Shown here piece by piece: positions 60,480 through 64,000 of a stretch of 64,000 nucleotides of DNA. The stretch comes from Tubulanus polymorphus. Its lineage: Eukaryota; Animalia; Nemertea. Within the stretch, counting starts at the first letter, position 1; every line of letters begins with the position of its first letter. The DNA is taken from contig NC_134026.1 in assembly GCF_964204645.1 (NCBI RefSeq), forward strand, positions 10,129,950 to 10,193,949. Reading direction: 5' to 3'. The position numbers and the translations under genes were made by a program. The notes beneath the pieces were generated by a model. That model searched no databases. It saw nothing but the letters and a program-made list of their open reading frames with translations, and had not been told where the DNA came from.

Positions 60480-63400
60480 GGTGATGAAAATACGCGCGAA
60501 AAATGTTTCGATCAGGTGAAGGTCAACTTAGCAACGACCGTACATGGGAACATCACAATATCTGCTCTGGTTGTACCTAACATTACAACACCTGTCAAGA
60601 ACATAATCAAACCACCGTTCGTGAATCTAACGTACTTGAAGGGGCTTAAGTTAGCTCATCCAATATCAAACCAAGATTCATTCCTAATATCGGTTTTGAT
60701 TGGGGTAGACTACTACTGGGAAATCGTGCAGAACCACGTCGTGCGAGGAAATGGACCCACAGCCGTGGCGTCTAAACTGGGCTATCTTCTGTCAGGGCCC
60801 TATCGGAATAATACTGCGCGAGGAGATGCGACGACTATACTGATCATGACAAAAAATGATCAATTTGAACGTGATCAACTCCAAAACTGTTGGGATCTAG
60901 AATCACTTGGAATTGAGGCACCAAATGATGATGACGTACCGCGACGACTATATGCGCAAGGAAGGGGACCATTACGTTGCCAAGTTACCGTGGAAATCAG
61001 AACACCCACCACTACCCACGAACAGCGAAATCGCGAAAAAGAGAACACGCTCTATGGCTAAACGTTTACCGCCAAATATGCCCGCATTTACGACCGCATA
61101 ATCGGCGAACAAGAAGCGCGGGAATTCATCGAACGCGTATACGACGATGACAATTCCTGTGGGCATTATATTCCACACCACGCCATCAAGAAAGATTCCA
61201 AAACTACGCCGATTCGAGTCGTTTATGACTGCAGCTGTCCGTCAAGCCACACCACGACCAGTCTCAATGACTGTTTGAAGACAGGTCCACCGCTGATCAA
61301 TGACCTTGCGCACCTACTGTTAAATTTTCGGTCTAATTCTGTAGCCTTATCCAGCGACATCGAGAAGGCGTTCCTACAAGTAGGATTAGACGAGACCGAC
61401 CGCGATTTCACCAAATTCAATTGGATTAGCGATATAAACAATCCAGACAGCGAATTGATTGTTTACCGATTCGAGTCCGTACTTTTCGGTGCGGCATGTT
61501 CACCATTTATTCTGAATTCCATCATCAAAGCTCATCTTGAACAACATCATTCGAACGTCGCACGTGATCTGCGAGATAAGATATACGTCGACAATGTAGT
61601 AACATGTGTAAACGACGTCAAAGAAGCGACCCAATATTCCGCCCAGGCAAATGACGTCATGAAATCTGCTGGTTTTAAGTTATGCGAATGGACCAGTAAT
61701 TGTATTGAAATTCGGCACCGAGCCGAATGCAACGGTATCCTGAATTCGAAATCGGTCGTCAATATTCTTGGCCTAACTTGAAAATAATATCTGACAAGTT
61801 AGGTTACAAGAAAAACACCACGTTAACCTCCGAAACCGATTCTATTCACCAAATGGGTAGTCGTCAGAAAGGTAGCCACGCTCTATGATCTGTTAGGCTA
61901 CTTAGCACCAGTACACATTAAATCGAAGATTCTCATCCAAGAACTTTGGAAGAATAACTTAGACTGGGACGATCAACTTAACGCTGATCTCTCGGAAAAG
62001 TGGCGTATTCTGTATTCGGACTTGTTGCGCATTAGGGATATCGAAGTAAATAGAGAATTCTTCAAGAACCGTTCTGTTGATGGCACCGAGCCATGCGAGT
62101 TACACTGTTTTGCGGACGCCAGTCCCCGAGCCTATGGCGCCGTTGTATACTTGAAACGTGGTGCAGAAACCAGCATCGTAATGGCAAAAAGCAGTCGCCC
62201 CGGTCAAGGAGCTTTCCCTGCCACGTTTGGGGCTCATGGCGGCCCTGCTTGGCTCCCGATTATCAAAATTCGTTAGTGTTTTGTGGAGCGATAGTGAAAT
62301 CGTTCTAAATTGGCTAAGGTCTGAAAGGAGAAGGCCGTGTTTCGTTGAGAACCGAATTCGGGAAATTTGTTCAAATTCTAATCGCATCGCTTCTGTCCCA
62401 CCGGGGACAACCCTGCGGATCTGTTAACCCGGGGAATCGAAACTGATCAGTTAATTGATTCTACGTTATGGTGGAATGGTCCACTATGGCTTAAACATGG
62501 AGACTGGCCTATCTCGCCATTGGAAACAACTAATGTATGCGCGCCAATAGATACCGAAAGCGAGGCCGAATTACATATCGAAAGTGCTAATAAAGTAACC
62601 ATGGAAACAGTCGGGATTAGTCAGATCATTGATATACAGCATTTCAGTTCACTAACCCAACTATTACGTCACACTGCACTCGTTGCGCGATTCGTATCAA
62701 ATGTAAAAAATTCGGAGTCGCAGAAACTCGACGAATTGTCCGCCGACGAAATTAAAGCCGCCGAAAACCTTTGGATACTCGAGATTCAAAGTGTTTGTTT
62801 TGGGGAGGAGCTAAATGCTTTAACCTCAAAACAGAATTGTAGCGACCGCCCCATCATTAAACAGCTGAAATTGTTTATTGATGATGATGGGGGTATTGAG
62901 ATGCGGCAGTAGGCTACACAACGCCCCACTGTCTGATAGCGCGAAATTTCCGATCTTATTACCGCGTAAACACCACTTCACTGACCTCCAGATTCTGTTT
63001 CACCACCGGAGCGCAAAACACGGTGGTTTAACGAGCACTGTGACCCGCATTCGACAATACTATTGGACTAGTCAGATCAGGTCAGCTGTCAATTCTGTAA
63101 TACGAAAATGTGATACATGTAAAATAACATGTGGGCGTAGCTATCCGTTACCGATCTCGCTCCCGTAACACGTGTTCAAAATGCGCCGCCCTTTACTGTT
63201 ACGGGCATTGATTTCACCGGAGAGTTACTAGTGAAAACCAGCGACGGTGGTATTGCTAAGAGATATATTTGCTTATTCACTTGTGCATCTACGCGTGCAG
63301 TGCACTTGGAGTTGGTAGATAACCTATATCCGTCTACCTTCATTCGTGCGTTTCGAAAGTTCTCTGCGCGTCGATCATTACCAAACATTGTCATAAGTGA

Positions 63401-64000
63401 AAACGCGACAACCTTCAACGCGGCAGTGTCCGAAATCAAATTGATCATGGAATCTCCGGATGTTCGTAAACATATGGCGAACTCCCGAGTCAAATGGGGA
63501 GTTTATTCCCAAACGCGCACACTGGTTTGGGGGCTTCTGATAACGCCTGATCGGAATGACAAAAATGTGCATAAAAAAAGTGTTAGGTCGTGCCTCCATT
63601 TACGACGATGAATTGCGAACCCTTCTATGTGAAGTCGAGGCAACCCTAAACGACTGACCGATCACTTACGTTTATAGCGATGTCAACGAACCTGCTCCAT
63701 TGACACCGTCCGAACTGATCTATGGTCGTCGCTTAACGACCTTACCGTACACTTATATCGATCTACAGGACCCCGATTTCGATAAACAGCCAACCGATCT
63801 CCAACACCGCCAGCAACACCTGTGCGATTTATTGCGCCAATTTCAAAATAGGTGGTCTTCCGAGTACTTGATTAGCCTGAAAGAACGTCACGAACTAACT
63901 GGATGATTGCATAATGTCATTAAACGTGGTGACGTTGTTTTAGTACACGATGACAAGAAACGTATTCTTTGGAAATTAGCATTAGTGGAAAATTTGCGTT
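60480..64000 (+). mobile_element. BEL/Pao LTR retrotransposon pol region, decayed; runs off the window
   Basis: LIGVDYYWE..SKLGYLLSGP, SLNDCLKTGP, DIEKAFLQV, FGAACSPF, IYVDN, LHCFADAS..AYGAVVY, WSDSEIVL, HHCC finger, GIDFTG and TRAVHLELV in the order PR-RT-RH-IN; many frameshifts. Confidence 0.95.

Noticed and set aside
123-63599. Many short minus-strand and AT-rich ORFs in the track
   Set aside because: They are antisense shadows of TE ORFs or random frames with no recognisable motifs.

Overview
AT-rich, intron-containing eukaryotic DNA, most likely from an invertebrate animal (a lophotrochozoan-like TE repertoire; this is inference). The window is almost entirely nested transposable elements and no clear host gene is present. 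The main result is a ~10.9-kb Mutator-like element (MULE) at 4736-15622 with ~90-bp TIRs and a perfect 9-bp TSD (CCATTTTAG). Its intact DDE/SWIM transposase exon is preceded by about 16 small exons, largely missed by the ORF track. Spliced by hand, they encode a complete ubiquitin-specific protease (USP/C19) domain with Cys-His-Asp catalytic residues, a C2H2 finger and SIM-like acidic linkers, apparently fused in frame to the transposase (~1300 aa). Two junctions in this model are uncertain. Also present: an apparently intact Sola1 transposon, two decayed piggyBacs with homologous 3' non-coding tails, a DD41D mariner, Kolobok remnants, a Helentron endonuclease plus RPA-like remnant, two non-autonomous Helentron copies, a DIRS 5' end, pogo elements, a CR1-group LINE, a Penelope element with two tandem minimal hammerhead ribozymes, several MITEs and a BEL/Pao pol. 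All calls come from manual motif and terminus reading; no database search was run.
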